NCBI GenBank assembly: GCA_965216875.1
Contig: OZ244207.1
Location: 6,944,001 to 7,008,000, forward strand
DNA length: 64,000 nt
Origin: Rubripirellula sp.
GTDB taxonomy: Bacteria > Planctomycetota > Planctomycetia > Pirellulales > Pirellulaceae
Direction of reading: 5' to 3'
Under the pieces are notes generated by a model. The model worked only from the letters and a program-made list of their open reading frames with translations. It was not told where the DNA came from and ran no database searches. Shown here piece by piece: positions 9,130-19,279 of this stretch (its first letter is position 1; every line of letters starts with the position of its first letter). The position numbers and the translations under genes were made by a program.

Positions 9130-11262
9130 ATGACAATGTCGATGCGGACACTTCTGTCCAAAACACAAATCAGATTCTCTGGCAAGCAAGCAAGCGTTTT
9201 GGCCTTGCTCGTGTTTGTGCTTCCTGGCGTTATCTCAACGGTTGGTTGCGGGCCAAGTCAGGAAGACATGCTGATGCGCGCTGCCCAACGCAAACGGGCC
9301 AACAACGACGCGGACGAAGCAGAAGAAAAGAAGGACAAGTCAAAACCCAAAGCCCCCAAACCTTCCAGGGCGGTTGCGGCGGACGAAAAGAAGGCCGAGG
9401 AAACCAAGCAACCTGAGACCAGCAAAGTTGCCAAGGATCAAAAACCACTTGAGGCAATTAGGCCCATCGAAGAGCGAAAAGACACACTTTCCGGTGAAGC
9501 CAAGCGTCAACGCTCGGCGCAAAATATCGAGAAGATAGCCGGCGCGATCATGGCCTACTATAAAGATCGAGGAAACTATCCCAGAGCCTACTACCAGACC
9601 GCAAATAAATTCAAAACGCTCTCTTGGCGAGTCGAATTGTTGCCCTACCTAGGCTACGAAGAACTCTATAAGAAGTTCGACACAGACGTTCCGTGGAATC
9701 GAGAGCCCAACAAGAGTCTGCTGAAATACATTCCCGATGAATATGTTTCACCTGAGCGTTTTGACACCAACACGAACTACCAATTGCCCGCGCATCGCAA
9801 GTACATGTTTGGTGATAACCGAGGGCGTTCGCAGAAACAACTTGAAGATGGTCATGAAAACACCATCATGCTGGTCGAGGTCGATGATGCCATCGCCGTG
9901 CCGTGGACCAGTCCTCAAGACTATTCTCCAAAGCGGTTCAGCAAATTTGACGGTGAACTCGGAGGCTTGCGGAAAGACGGAGCGTTCGCGGTTTGGGCCA
10001 ACGGTTGGACGGTTCTTCTCGCCAATGAGCTGTCTGCGAAGCAGATCAACGATGCTCTTACCTTTGAAGCGGGAGATGGTCAAAGAGCGGGCATGATCCA
10101 TCGCGACATCCCAGTTGGGAAGATAAGCGATGCTTCGGTCGCGTCAGTGAAAAAACCAAGTGCGCCCAAGCCGGTCAAAAACGATTCGTCCAAACCGCAA
10201 AGCAGTCTGCCCATCGCATCATCGGTAATGCGAGCACGAGAGCCGGTACCGAAGAACGCGGATGTCAAAGCCGCGCGAGCAAAACTGACAAAGCTGTTTG
10301 CTGACAAGATTTCAAATGCCAAGACCGACAGCGCCAAGTCAAAACTCGCGACCGACATGTTGGGCGTCGCAGCTGGCATGGAAACCGACAAGCCCGGAGT
10401 GTATTCACTGCAAGGTGCTGCGATGACGCTTGCCGTTCAATGCGGCGACGCGGACACTCTGATTGATGCAATTGATAATCGTGTCGGGATCTTTGAGGTC
10501 GATGCCTATGAAGAGAACATCACATGGTTGTCAAAGTTCGCCCGCGAAACGATCAGTCGCAAGCCTGACACCATCGAGAATTCCAAGCTTCTGCAGCGTT
10601 CAACACGAGTGATTTATGCTGGGATCGCCGACAACGATTATATGCGGGCATCAGCCATCGCTCGGATGTGTTACCGATTAGTCGATGAAGAACGAACTGA
10701 ACGTGTGCCACGTCTCGTCAATCGCCTTCGATCTTTGCTCGGGAATGCGAACCTCGAATACAAAAACTCGCTGCAGCACCTCCAAGCATTCCGAGACGAT
10801 CCTGAAGATGCCGAGGCCGCCGCTGCTTTTGGGCGTTTCCTCTGTTTCATCAAGGGTGATTGGGGTAATGGGTTGCCGCTATTGGTAAAAGGCGGCCCCG
10901 AGCAACTGCGTGAATTAGCTCAAGCCGATCTGAAAGGAGCCGGCGATACAATTAATCGCATTGCCCTTGGCGATGATTGGTGGAGTCTGAGTGAGATGGC
11001 CCGCACCGGTGTCTATCGCCAGGCAGCCCGAGACCGGGCGGTGTACTGGTATCAAATGGCCTACGATTCGCTTCCCGATTCTCTCGATCGTATGCATGTC
11101 AAAAGTCGCCTTGACGAGGCGTCGGACATCGACGGCACGAGTCCAATTGCGTTGACGTTGCAATTGGCCGACGAACTCGACGTCGATTTGACAGTTGGTC
11201 TCGCGGCTGTTGCGGAAGTTGGCCAAACACGCAAACGCAAGCGAGACGATGACGATGATTGA
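9130..11262 (+). CDS. Lipoprotein with DUF1559-type domain and C-terminal helical domain
   Basis: Lipobox STVGC; SAQNIEKIAGAIMAY...YP...LSWRVELLPYLG...PWN...DG.ENTIMLVE...VPWTSP. Confidence 0.75.
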   Translation: MTMSMRTLLSKTQIRFSGKQASVLALLVFVLPGVISTVGCGPSQEDMLMRAAQRKRANNDADEAEEKKDKSKPKAPKPSRAVAADEKKAEETKQPETSKVAKDQKPLEAIRPIEERKDTLSGEAKRQRSAQNIEKIAGAIMAYYKDRGNYPRAYYQTANKFKTLSWRVELLPYLGYEELYKKFDTDVPWNREPNKSLLKYIPDEYVSPERFDTNTNYQLPAHRKYMFGDNRGRSQKQLEDGHENTIMLVEVDDAIAVPWTSPQDYSPKRFSKFDGELGGLRKDGAFAVWANGWTVLLANELSAKQINDALTFEAGDGQRAGMIHRDIPVGKISDASVASVKKPSAPKPVKNDSSKPQSSLPIASSVMRAREPVPKNADVKAARAKLTKLFADKISNAKTDSAKSKLATDMLGVAAGMETDKPGVYSLQGAAMTLAVQCGDADTLIDAIDNRVGIFEVDAYEENITWLSKFARETISRKPDTIENSKLLQRSTRVIYAGIADNDYMRASAIARMCYRLVDEERTERVPRLVNRLRSLLGNANLEYKNSLQHLQAFRDDPEDAEAAAAFGRFLCFIKGDWGNGLPLLVKGGPEQLRELAQADLKGAGDTINRIALGDDWWSLSEMARTGVYRQAARDRAVYWYQMAYDSLPDSLDRMHVKSRLDEASDIDGTSPIALTLQLADELDVDLTVGLAAVAEVGQTRKRKRDDDDD

Positions 11263-11986
11263 TCAGTCGTCTTGTTCTGCGAGTTTGGGTGTTCCGTCGG
11301 AATCCGATCCGCGATCGATTTGGATTGTGGTGCCTGCCTACAACGAGGGGCACCGCCTCGACGTGACATTGTCTGGTTTGATCGCTGCCGGCTACACGAA
11401 CATTGTGGTCGTGGACGACGGATCTCGGGACGACACGCTTGATTTTGCGTCACGCCATCAGGTTTGGGTTTTGAAGCATCCGTTCAATTGCGGCCAGGGT
11501 GCTGCGTTGCGAACGGGCATCGAGTTTGCCCTTTCCCGTGGCGGCGAATATGTCGTGACATTTGATGCAGATGGCCAACACAGGACCGCCGATATTGCTC
11601 GGTTGCTTGAACCCCTCTGCGCGGGCGACGCAGATGTTGTTTTAGGTTCGCGGTTTCTGGGTGAAACAAACGGTATGCCAGTGAGCCGGCGTGTATTGCT
11701 TTGCATGGCTGTTTGGTTTACCCGATTGACTTCTGGGGTCCGGGTAACCGATGCACACAACGGCCTTCGTGCGTTCAGCCGTCATGCATTGACAAAGGTG
11801 CGGATCGAGCAGCCGCGGATGGCGCATGCATCTGAGATCTTGAACAAGCTTGCGAGTAACAATTTGCGTTACCGGGAAGTTGGAGTGACGATTCACTACA
11901 CCGACGAGACGCTTGCCAAGGGCCAATCGAGTTGGGATGCCGTTCGGATCGGCGGACAATTGATCCTCGGAAGGTTCGCAAAATGA
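11255..11986 (+). CDS. GT2 glycosyltransferase, DPM1-like polyprenol-phosphate sugar synthase
   Basis: VVPAYNE, VVDDGS.D, N.GQGAALRTG, TFDADGQH, GSRF, TDAHNGLRAF; overlaps upstream stop. Confidence 0.92.
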   Translation: MIDQSSCSASLGVPSESDPRSIWIVVPAYNEGHRLDVTLSGLIAAGYTNIVVVDDGSRDDTLDFASRHQVWVLKHPFNCGQGAALRTGIEFALSRGGEYVVTFDADGQHRTADIARLLEPLCAGDADVVLGSRFLGETNGMPVSRRVLLCMAVWFTRLTSGVRVTDAHNGLRAFSRHALTKVRIEQPRMAHASEILNKLASNNLRYREVGVTIHYTDETLAKGQSSWDAVRIGGQLILGRFAK

Positions 11987-12345
11987 ATCTCTTTCAAGTC
12001 GTCTTCATTCCGGTTGTGGTTGCAGTCATCTTGCTTGACATCCGGGGTCTGTTAGTAGGCCGGGGACATCGCGTGACTCGATTGAGCCGCGTTTCCTTAG
12101 CAATCATCGCCATCATCCTGATTGCAGTGCCGGATCTGACCAATTGGGCAGCTTCGTTGCTTGGAATTGGACGCGGCGCGGACCTCGTGACCTACCTGTT
12201 CATGCTGGCCGCACCGATTGCTTGGTTTCAGATTCAAACGCAACAATTCAATATTCAGCGCAAGTTGGTTCGATTGGCGCGGGTGGAAGCGCTGGCTACG
12301 GCAACCTATCAAACGCCCCCCGACGCCAGTGACGAGCAATCATGA
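11983..12345 (+). CDS. DUF2304-family membrane protein
   Basis: P...NWAASLLGIGRGADLVTY motif, three TM helices, ATGA overlap with the GT2. Confidence 0.85.
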   Translation: MNLFQVVFIPVVVAVILLDIRGLLVGRGHRVTRLSRVSLAIIAIILIAVPDLTNWAASLLGIGRGADLVTYLFMLAAPIAWFQIQTQQFNIQRKLVRLARVEALATATYQTPPDASDEQS

Positions 12346-13412
12346 CGCAGGGTGTCGTGACGTCAGGATTCACGACGCCGGCGGTGAAACCAACCGGCCG
12401 ATCGAATGAGGGTGGGTCCGAACTTGGTTCCGTCTCACTCGTCATTCCCGCTCGGAATGCGGCAAAGACCATCGGCAAGTGTCTCGATTCGGTTTTGCCG
12501 TTGGTCGAAAGTCACGAGCTTGGTGAGGTCATCTTGGTCGATGACGGATCGACCGATGAAACGGCCGAGATCGCAGGAGCCTATCCGGTCCGCGTATTAA
12601 CAGGCCAGGGACTCGGTCCGGGGGCGGCTCGCAATCAGGGTTGGAACGAGGCGGTGGGAAGCTTCATTTGGTTCGTTGATTCCGATTGCGTTTGTCATCC
12701 TGATGCGCTCACGAAACTGCTTCCTCATTTTGATTCTCCGCGGATCGCCGGCGTTGGTGGCAGCTACGCAAATCTGTTTCCCGACTCGCTTGTCGCCTCT
12801 CTGATTCACGAAGAGATTGTTGCTCGCCATCGGCGAATGGAACGTGATGTCAACTTCTTGGCGACGTTCAATGTGGTGTATCGGCGCCGAGTATTGGAAG
12901 AAACCGGAGGGTTCGACGAGTCACTCAAGCTGGCACAGGACGCCGAGTTGGCGTACCGCGTTCGAAGTCACGGATATGGTTTGCGGTTCGACGAATCGTC
13001 TCGCGTTGGGCATCATCATCCAACGAAGATGCACGGTTACCTGCGCACCCAAGCACGGCAAGGTTTTTATCGGATTGCACTCTACCGAAGGCATCCATCA
13101 AAAGTCTCCGGGGACTCGTATGCGGGCCTCACCGATTACTTGCAACCGCCGACGGCGATGTTGATGCTTGCAACCTTGCCCTTCATTTGTTTTCCCGGCA
13201 AGAGCTTCTTGCCACTCGCGTTTGTAGTTGCGCTTGTGGCCATGCAGTTTCCGATGACCACTCGACTCGTGCGCCATGCGGGGGCGTCAATGGTCGCCTA
13301 TGTTCCGTTCGGCTTTGTCCGCGCGGTAGCCCGAGGAATCGGAATGACACTCGGCGTTCTCAGCGTGTGTAAAGGTTCCGTGAAGCAGCGTTCATTGACC
13401 ATTGACGGTTAG
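12342..13412 (+). CDS. GT2 glycosyltransferase with C-terminal TM helices
   Basis: VIPARN, LVDDGSTD, GPGAARNQG, FVDSDC, GGFDE...QDAEL. Confidence 0.92.
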   Translation: MTQGVVTSGFTTPAVKPTGRSNEGGSELGSVSLVIPARNAAKTIGKCLDSVLPLVESHELGEVILVDDGSTDETAEIAGAYPVRVLTGQGLGPGAARNQGWNEAVGSFIWFVDSDCVCHPDALTKLLPHFDSPRIAGVGGSYANLFPDSLVASLIHEEIVARHRRMERDVNFLATFNVVYRRRVLEETGGFDESLKLAQDAELAYRVRSHGYGLRFDESSRVGHHHPTKMHGYLRTQARQGFYRIALYRRHPSKVSGDSYAGLTDYLQPPTAMLMLATLPFICFPGKSFLPLAFVVALVAMQFPMTTRLVRHAGASMVAYVPFGFVRAVARGIGMTLGVLSVCKGSVKQRSLTIDG

Positions 13413-13488
13413 CGTGCCAATGTCATTCTGGCCGACAACAGACCCGTAGCGAGCCCAGCTCGCGCCCACAAGGTATTGCATTTCTATC

Positions 13489-15216
13489 GTGAAGATCCAC
13501 TGGTTGTCTCTATGGCGGTTGCTCGCGCTGCTTCGCCCGTATTGGCGACTCGCGTTGCTCAACGTCTTTCTCGTAACCGTTGGAGCAGTCACTGAAGGTG
13601 TTGGTTTCGTCGGAATTGTTGCGTTACTGGATTTGGATGGCGTCGTACAGGTTGCAGGATTGGCGAACGTTTTTGATCAATCGTTAGTGAGTTCGCTGGC
13701 CCCTGGGCAACGAGCCCAGGTTGCGGCGTTCGTATTGATCGCCATTGGAGTGTTGCGGGCAGGCACCTTTTTCGGCGCCGGTTGGCTGACCTTCCTGATT
13801 CCCGCCAAGGTCGAGCGCGACATGAGATTGGGACTCGCCAACAGGTTGCTCCATGCGGACTATGACGCGGTGGGGGGAGTGACCATGGGTGAGGTCCAAG
13901 ATGGTCTTGGGACACATGTCACTTCGGCCGGGTTGGCGGTTCAGACGCTACTTCAGTTGGTTGCTCAGGCGTTGATTTTCTTGGTCTATGCGGCAGCCCT
14001 TGCCTTTGTTTCACCAACCTATTCGTTAATCAGTCTTGCGTTCTTGATCGTCACGGGCGTGTGCATTCGTGGCTTGATATTGCCACGAATTCGGACGGCG
14101 ATCGAGTCAGAAAACGAGTCTCGAAAACTTGCCTTGTCGCGTGCCGCAGAGCTATTGCGAGGGCATGATGTCGTGAGGAGCTTTGGTCGAGAGAGTTGGT
14201 TTGTCGATCGTTTCTCCGGAGAAGTTCACCAGCTAGCGGATATGCGAGGTCGCGGGGGCATGTTGCGTAGCGCCATGCTCCCAGTAGCACAAATGGCCGC
14301 CATCTTTTTGGCTGCAACGATTCTCTTGGTTGGCAGTCTCACCCACGAGGTAGCCGACTCCACGTGGGTTGGCGCCGCCGGTTTGTTTGTGTTGCTCCTA
14401 TTGCGACTCATGTTGCCAGCTTCCACAGCGATCAATCTGTTGGGCAATTTGACGATCCGAACGCCAAGCGTCTTTGTGCTCGACCGCCTCTCAAAGCGAC
14501 TCGAGGGAGATGGTTCGCGTTCCCAAAGCGACGATGCACCCGAACAGCATCTCGATTCGTTAAAGAGCATCGAACTCTGCAACGTTTCGGCTGGCTATGG
14601 CGAGGAGCAAGTGCTGCGAAACGTCTCATTGACCATCCAACGCGGCCAGTACGTTGCAATCACTGGAGCATCAGGGTCTGGCAAGTCAACTCTTGCGCGA
14701 TTGATTAGCGGAATGTTGCTCCCCACCGAAGGTGAGGTGAGAGTTGCTGGGCGGCCGATCAATATTGCAAGTTCAAATTGGCGGCAGCAGTTTTCCGTGG
14801 TTGGTCAACATCCGTTCCTGTTTCCTGGAACGATCGCGGATAACCTGCGTTTCGCATCGCCCGATGCAGGAAGCGAGCAGCTGAAACGCGTGCTGAAGCG
14901 CGCCGAGGCAACGTTTGTTGAGTCGCTTCCCGATGGTTTGGAAACCGAAATCGGTGATGTTCGCAGTGGGATTTCGGGCGGCCAACTGCAACGGCTTGCC
15001 ATCGCACGCGCGTTGTTGGCCGAGCGTCAAGTGATCGTGCTTGACGAACCAACGAGTGCGTTGGACACAGGCACTGAAGAGTCGCTCGCCAAGACCATCG
15101 AGCAATTGACGCCTGATTACACCGTCATCGTCATTGCACACCGAATGCAGACGATTCAAAACGCGGACGTGAAGATTCACATGAACGCGGGCGAGGTGGA
15201 GTGCATTGATGGTTGA
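13489..15216 (+). CDS. ABC transporter permease/ATPase fusion (MsbA/PglK-like glycan flippase)
   Basis: About 6 TM helices; Walker A GASGSGKST, ISGGQLQR, Walker B IVLDEPTSALD, IAHR. Confidence 0.9.
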   Translation: MKIHWLSLWRLLALLRPYWRLALLNVFLVTVGAVTEGVGFVGIVALLDLDGVVQVAGLANVFDQSLVSSLAPGQRAQVAAFVLIAIGVLRAGTFFGAGWLTFLIPAKVERDMRLGLANRLLHADYDAVGGVTMGEVQDGLGTHVTSAGLAVQTLLQLVAQALIFLVYAAALAFVSPTYSLISLAFLIVTGVCIRGLILPRIRTAIESENESRKLALSRAAELLRGHDVVRSFGRESWFVDRFSGEVHQLADMRGRGGMLRSAMLPVAQMAAIFLAATILLVGSLTHEVADSTWVGAAGLFVLLLLRLMLPASTAINLLGNLTIRTPSVFVLDRLSKRLEGDGSRSQSDDAPEQHLDSLKSIELCNVSAGYGEEQVLRNVSLTIQRGQYVAITGASGSGKSTLARLISGMLLPTEGEVRVAGRPINIASSNWRQQFSVVGQHPFLFPGTIADNLRFASPDAGSEQLKRVLKRAEATFVESLPDGLETEIGDVRSGISGGQLQRLAIARALLAERQVIVLDEPTSALDTGTEESLAKTIEQLTPDYTVIVIAHRMQTIQNADVKIHMNAGEVECIDG

Positions 15217-16087
15217 CACATCCGCCCGCGGCTCGGCGTTTTCTCGTGAGATTGCTCGCTCCTTTCGTCATAAGATGAGAATGTGCAGCGTCCGCGAGCA
15301 ACGTGCCAACCGAATCGCGAAGGCACAGTCTGCTGAATTGCTCGACAGAGTTCGCCAGCGATTCGCGTTTGAAGATGTGCTTGTGCTCGGCGCGGGGCCT
15401 TCCGCATCACTTGTCAAGCGAGTCCCGTCTGACTGTCTTGTGATTGCAGTGAATCGAAGCCCTCTATTGCTACAGGCTTTGGGTGAACAACGTTGTCCCG
15501 TCCTGTGGTTGTTATGCACGCGGATGATTGTCGAGCATCGTGGGCAAGCCGAAGCAATCGCCGACGTGTTGTCGAATCCAACCTTGGCCGCTGTTGAAAC
15601 GAGCACCCAGAAGAACTGGGCGTGGGGAGTGCACACGGCAAACGGTGTTCAAAATGCGAAGGAGTCTGCTTCGGTCACTTGTCTCAAGTCGGCCGAATGG
15701 TTCACTAACGATGACTGGCAATGGCTTGGCCGCATGGCCGTTCAGCCAAGACTAGCACGAGGTATTCGCCCCAGCAAAGGCATTTGGGCAATCAAGATTG
15801 CGTGTGAGCTGCAACCTCGGCAAGTGTTTCTCGCCGGTATTGACCTGGGACAACCGCTCGAGGGTGAGCGGATGCAAGCTGCGAGCCCACGCTATGCGTC
15901 CGAGTTGCTTTCCGGATCTGTCTTGACGACGCCCGTTCCACGGTCGACTCAGCAACAAGACCACCCTGATGACGCCTTCGTTTTGTCGATCCTTGCGACG
16001 CATTGGGGCGTTCCGATCCGGTCCATCTGCGATCGTTCGCCAGCATCGCGCTATGTCCCCGTCGATCGTTGCCGAACGCTGCTTTGA
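15206..16087 (+). CDS. Hypothetical protein, possible GT29/GT42/Maf-like nonulosonate transferase fold
   Basis: VLVLGAGPS...IAVN...PSKGIWAI..A......VFLAGID...H pattern; sits within the glycan operon. Confidence 0.55.
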   Translation: MMVDTSARGSAFSREIARSFRHKMRMCSVREQRANRIAKAQSAELLDRVRQRFAFEDVLVLGAGPSASLVKRVPSDCLVIAVNRSPLLLQALGEQRCPVLWLLCTRMIVEHRGQAEAIADVLSNPTLAAVETSTQKNWAWGVHTANGVQNAKESASVTCLKSAEWFTNDDWQWLGRMAVQPRLARGIRPSKGIWAIKIACELQPRQVFLAGIDLGQPLEGERMQAASPRYASELLSGSVLTTPVPRSTQQQDHPDDAFVLSILATHWGVPIRSICDRSPASRYVPVDRCRTLL

Positions 16088-16154
16088 CGGTGACGGATGT
16101 TGTGAAAACGAAACTTGGAAAATAGCCCAGCATTTTGAATTGACGAATCAGGCG

Positions 16155-18263
16155 ATGTCCGACGAACGCTGCTCCGTTTGCAATGCCACCGACTATTCCG
16201 TGGTCCATGTAGGCGCCCGAGATGACGCTGAGCTCCACACCTTGCTTTGCAAGCGGTGTGGACTCGTCTATTTGCCTCGTCCTCTGGAAGCCGGGGTCGT
16301 TGATGAAGGATACCTTTCGGGTGATTTTTCGCGCACAGCACGCAATAGCCTCGTTCCGGACAAACGCAAGTGGAAGCAATCCGAGTCGATGGCATTGTCA
16401 CGATGGAAGTACCTTGATTCGGTCACTGGCGATGCGCTTCGAAGACCAGGGCTTCGAGTGATCGAAGTCGGTTGTGGGTTGGGGAGCTTCCTGCGTTTGA
16501 TGAAGTCATCCGCCGGGTACGTGTATGGGATCGAGCCCGATCCGTCGTACGCAGAATTAGGTAGCACTGCCTACCAATTGCCAATCGAAAGTTCGTCCTA
16601 CGCCACCAGCGAGTGCGAAATTGAGGATGCAGATGTTGTTGCATCGTTCCATGTCGTTGAGCATGTCCCGCAACCGGTCGATATGTTGGAATGGATGTGC
16701 AATCGCGTGCGTGAGGGCGGGACTCTTTATCTGGAATGCCCAGCATTGGAACGGCCGTTTGAAGGAGATTTCACTCGCTTTTTTTGGTCCAAGCATCTGC
16801 AGACGTTTTCCGTCAAAACGCTTGGTGGAATTGTTGAGTCCCTGGGATTCAAAGTTCTCGATGCACGCTTGCATCAACATGCTCTTCAACTGGTGGCTCG
16901 TCGAGAGGGAACGCGGAATTCGATCACGCTTCCCCTGGAGTCCTCTGCGGTGGTTGCGGCAAGGATGAAGTCGGCAAAGGCCCGCCATCAATGGTCGCGT
17001 GGCATCAAGAAGATTCCGCTCAGCCACTACGCGACCAAGGCAATCCACCATGTGCGCCTGCGCGTGACGCAGCGCGAGAAGTCGCGACCTGCTTTGGCGA
17101 CGGAGCTATCTCGTCGATTTAATGCCGCCTTCGAATCGTATCCCGCGCAGGCCCTCGGAAAGATCATCCACCGCCAGCGGTCGCTCTTTCACTTTGGGTT
17201 GCACCATCGTACTGGAAACGCGGGTGATACGGTCTTGTTCCGCTCGGTGCGATGGGCGATCGACAAGGGGCGATCGCAACGATGGCACCGAATTGAAGTG
17301 CGCCAGATGGTGACAGACGTCACCGTTGAACAGATCAACCGGTCAGCCAAGGCCGTGATCGTTGGTGGTGGCGGTTTGTTGCTCGCGGACACCAACGCGA
17401 ACAAGGAATCGGGGTGGCAGTGGCCATGTTCGATTCGCCACCTAAAGCAATTGGAGGTTCCGCTTGCTTTCTTTGCGATCGGTTACAACCGTTTTCGCTG
17501 CCAAGACGATTTTTCGGATGTATTCAAAGAGAACATCGTTGAGATGGTCAAGCGATCCAGCTTTTTCGCACTTCGCAATCGAGGGAGCATCGCGGCCTTG
17601 AAGCAATACCTGCCCAAAGAACTGCACGATCGACTCGAGTACCAACCCTGCCCCACGACCGTCCTGAGTCATCTGCGCCCGGACGCTCCGCCTCGTTCGC
17701 ATCGACTTCCAAAACGACCACTCGTCTGCGTCAATTTGGCGTTTGACCGGCATCAGCTGCGTTTCTCTGGAAGGGAGGCTCAGGCATGCGAGGCGATTGC
17801 AAGAGTGCTTAAGACTTTGGGGCAGCAAGGCTGGCAAATCCAACTCGTCGCTCATTGTGAGTCCGACGACACCGTGTTGCCGTGGCTTTCGCGCGAGCAA
17901 GTTGATTTTGAATTTGTCGACCTGACGTATGCGTCGGCCCAGAAAGTGATTTCAACGTATCAAGCCGCCAGTCTTGTCATTGGGATGCGAGGGCATTCGC
18001 AAATGATCCCTTTTGGGATCGGATGTCCAATTCTCTCGTTGGTGTCGCACGACAAGATGGCTTGGTTTTTGGAAGACATCGAGCATCAAGAATGGGGTGT
18101 CGAGGTTTCGGCGGAAGACTTCGCAGAACAACTCGATACCGCGGTGAGTCGTCTGGTCGAGAATTATCCGGATATCTGCGAGGAGGTCCAATCTGCCTCA
18201 AGTTTGCTGTGGAAAATCACGCAAGAGAACGTCGAGTCGCTACGTACAACTTGTTCGATTTAG
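16155..18263 (+). CDS. Fusion: class I SAM methyltransferase + polysaccharide pyruvyl-transferase family domain
   Basis: CSVC..CKRC, IEVGCGLG, FHVVEH; then NAGD, GGGGLL, LRNRGS, PCPT, GMRGHS; start moved to MSDERC. Confidence 0.85.
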   Translation: MSDERCSVCNATDYSVVHVGARDDAELHTLLCKRCGLVYLPRPLEAGVVDEGYLSGDFSRTARNSLVPDKRKWKQSESMALSRWKYLDSVTGDALRRPGLRVIEVGCGLGSFLRLMKSSAGYVYGIEPDPSYAELGSTAYQLPIESSSYATSECEIEDADVVASFHVVEHVPQPVDMLEWMCNRVREGGTLYLECPALERPFEGDFTRFFWSKHLQTFSVKTLGGIVESLGFKVLDARLHQHALQLVARREGTRNSITLPLESSAVVAARMKSAKARHQWSRGIKKIPLSHYATKAIHHVRLRVTQREKSRPALATELSRRFNAAFESYPAQALGKIIHRQRSLFHFGLHHRTGNAGDTVLFRSVRWAIDKGRSQRWHRIEVRQMVTDVTVEQINRSAKAVIVGGGGLLLADTNANKESGWQWPCSIRHLKQLEVPLAFFAIGYNRFRCQDDFSDVFKENIVEMVKRSSFFALRNRGSIAALKQYLPKELHDRLEYQPCPTTVLSHLRPDAPPRSHRLPKRPLVCVNLAFDRHQLRFSGREAQACEAIARVLKTLGQQGWQIQLVAHCESDDTVLPWLSREQVDFEFVDLTYASAQKVISTYQAASLVIGMRGHSQMIPFGIGCPILSLVSHDKMAWFLEDIEHQEWGVEVSAEDFAEQLDTAVSRLVENYPDICEEVQSASSLLWKITQENVESLRTTCSI

Positions 18264-18272
18264 GTACGCCAC

Positions 18273-19247
18273 ATGATTCCCAGCCCCGTTCGCCTCGTCA
18301 CAATGGTTGATGAACGATACTTGCCAGGATTGATCGCTCTGCTTGAAAGTTTGCAGCGTCTTGGGAACTGTCCCGCTGGGCTTTGTATAAGCGTGGTGTA
18401 CTGCGGAAAGCAGTTGCCGCCGGTGACATCGAAGATTCGCACTCACTATGCGCCGCAATTCAACGTTGACTGGCGCCTGTTGGATGAGGTTGCACGGGAT
18501 GCCGGGGTTGCGGCGTTGGAACATGGCGGAAGCGACCAGGCGAGGTTTGCAACGGCGCTGCAAAAGCTTTTGGTCTTTTCTCTTGATGTAGAAGAACCAT
18601 GCCTGTTTGTCGATGCCGATGTGATCTGCTTGAATCCCATTCCATGGACGGAGCTTTCGGCATGCGAGGCAGACTTTGCAGCAGTGGAAGACCAAGGTTT
18701 CGGCGCTGCGGAGCTAATCAACGGTTCACCGATGCTCAATACGGGCGTTTTCAAGTTCCGACCTTCGGCCGAGCTATTCGGACGATTGATGGATTTTTAT
18801 CAAAAGCATCCGGAGCGGTTTCGCCGACTGGGGGACCAAGTAGGGCTCAACCATTTCTTTTCATCGATGATGCAGTATTCGGTCAAAGTGTTGCCAAGCT
18901 ACTGGAACGTGCTTAAGCGACGCCATTTGCGAGAAGGGACTTTGCAAGATGAACCGGTGTTTCTGCATTACGTGGGGAGAAAACCATGGCAGCCAGCTGC
19001 CCCATGGAATTGGCGCGAATGGGGATACGCTCCGCTTGATCGAAGGTGGCATCTCCTTTTCCAGCTTTCATCGATTCATGATGCGGTCGGGCCGATCGAC
19101 GACGTTTGGGAAAACGGGTTTGCCGGCCCGATTGGTCTCAAAGCGGCGCGCGGCCTGTTCGCTGCGGAGCAAGCCGTTGTCAGAATGCGTCGACGATTTG
19201 CTTTTGTTGATCGCTCGTTGCGAATGCTACGTCCAGCCGCTGATTGA
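18273..19247 (+). CDS. GT8-family glycosyltransferase
   Basis: YLPG...LLESL, KL.VF, FVDADV, NTGV, GDQVGLN, WNV, LHYVG.KPW. Confidence 0.88.
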   Translation: MIPSPVRLVTMVDERYLPGLIALLESLQRLGNCPAGLCISVVYCGKQLPPVTSKIRTHYAPQFNVDWRLLDEVARDAGVAALEHGGSDQARFATALQKLLVFSLDVEEPCLFVDADVICLNPIPWTELSACEADFAAVEDQGFGAAELINGSPMLNTGVFKFRPSAELFGRLMDFYQKHPERFRRLGDQVGLNHFFSSMMQYSVKVLPSYWNVLKRRHLREGTLQDEPVFLHYVGRKPWQPAAPWNWREWGYAPLDRRWHLLFQLSSIHDAVGPIDDVWENGFAGPIGLKAARGLFAAEQAVVRMRRRFAFVDRSLRMLRPAAD

Positions 19248-19279
19248 TAAACAAAACACCTGAATACCCTGTAGAGAAC

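Noticed and set aside
13420..13488. In-frame ATG upstream of the ABC transporter interrupted by TAG (readthrough or pseudogene)
   Set aside because: GTG 13489 already gives a full-length ABC exporter; no evidence for recoding
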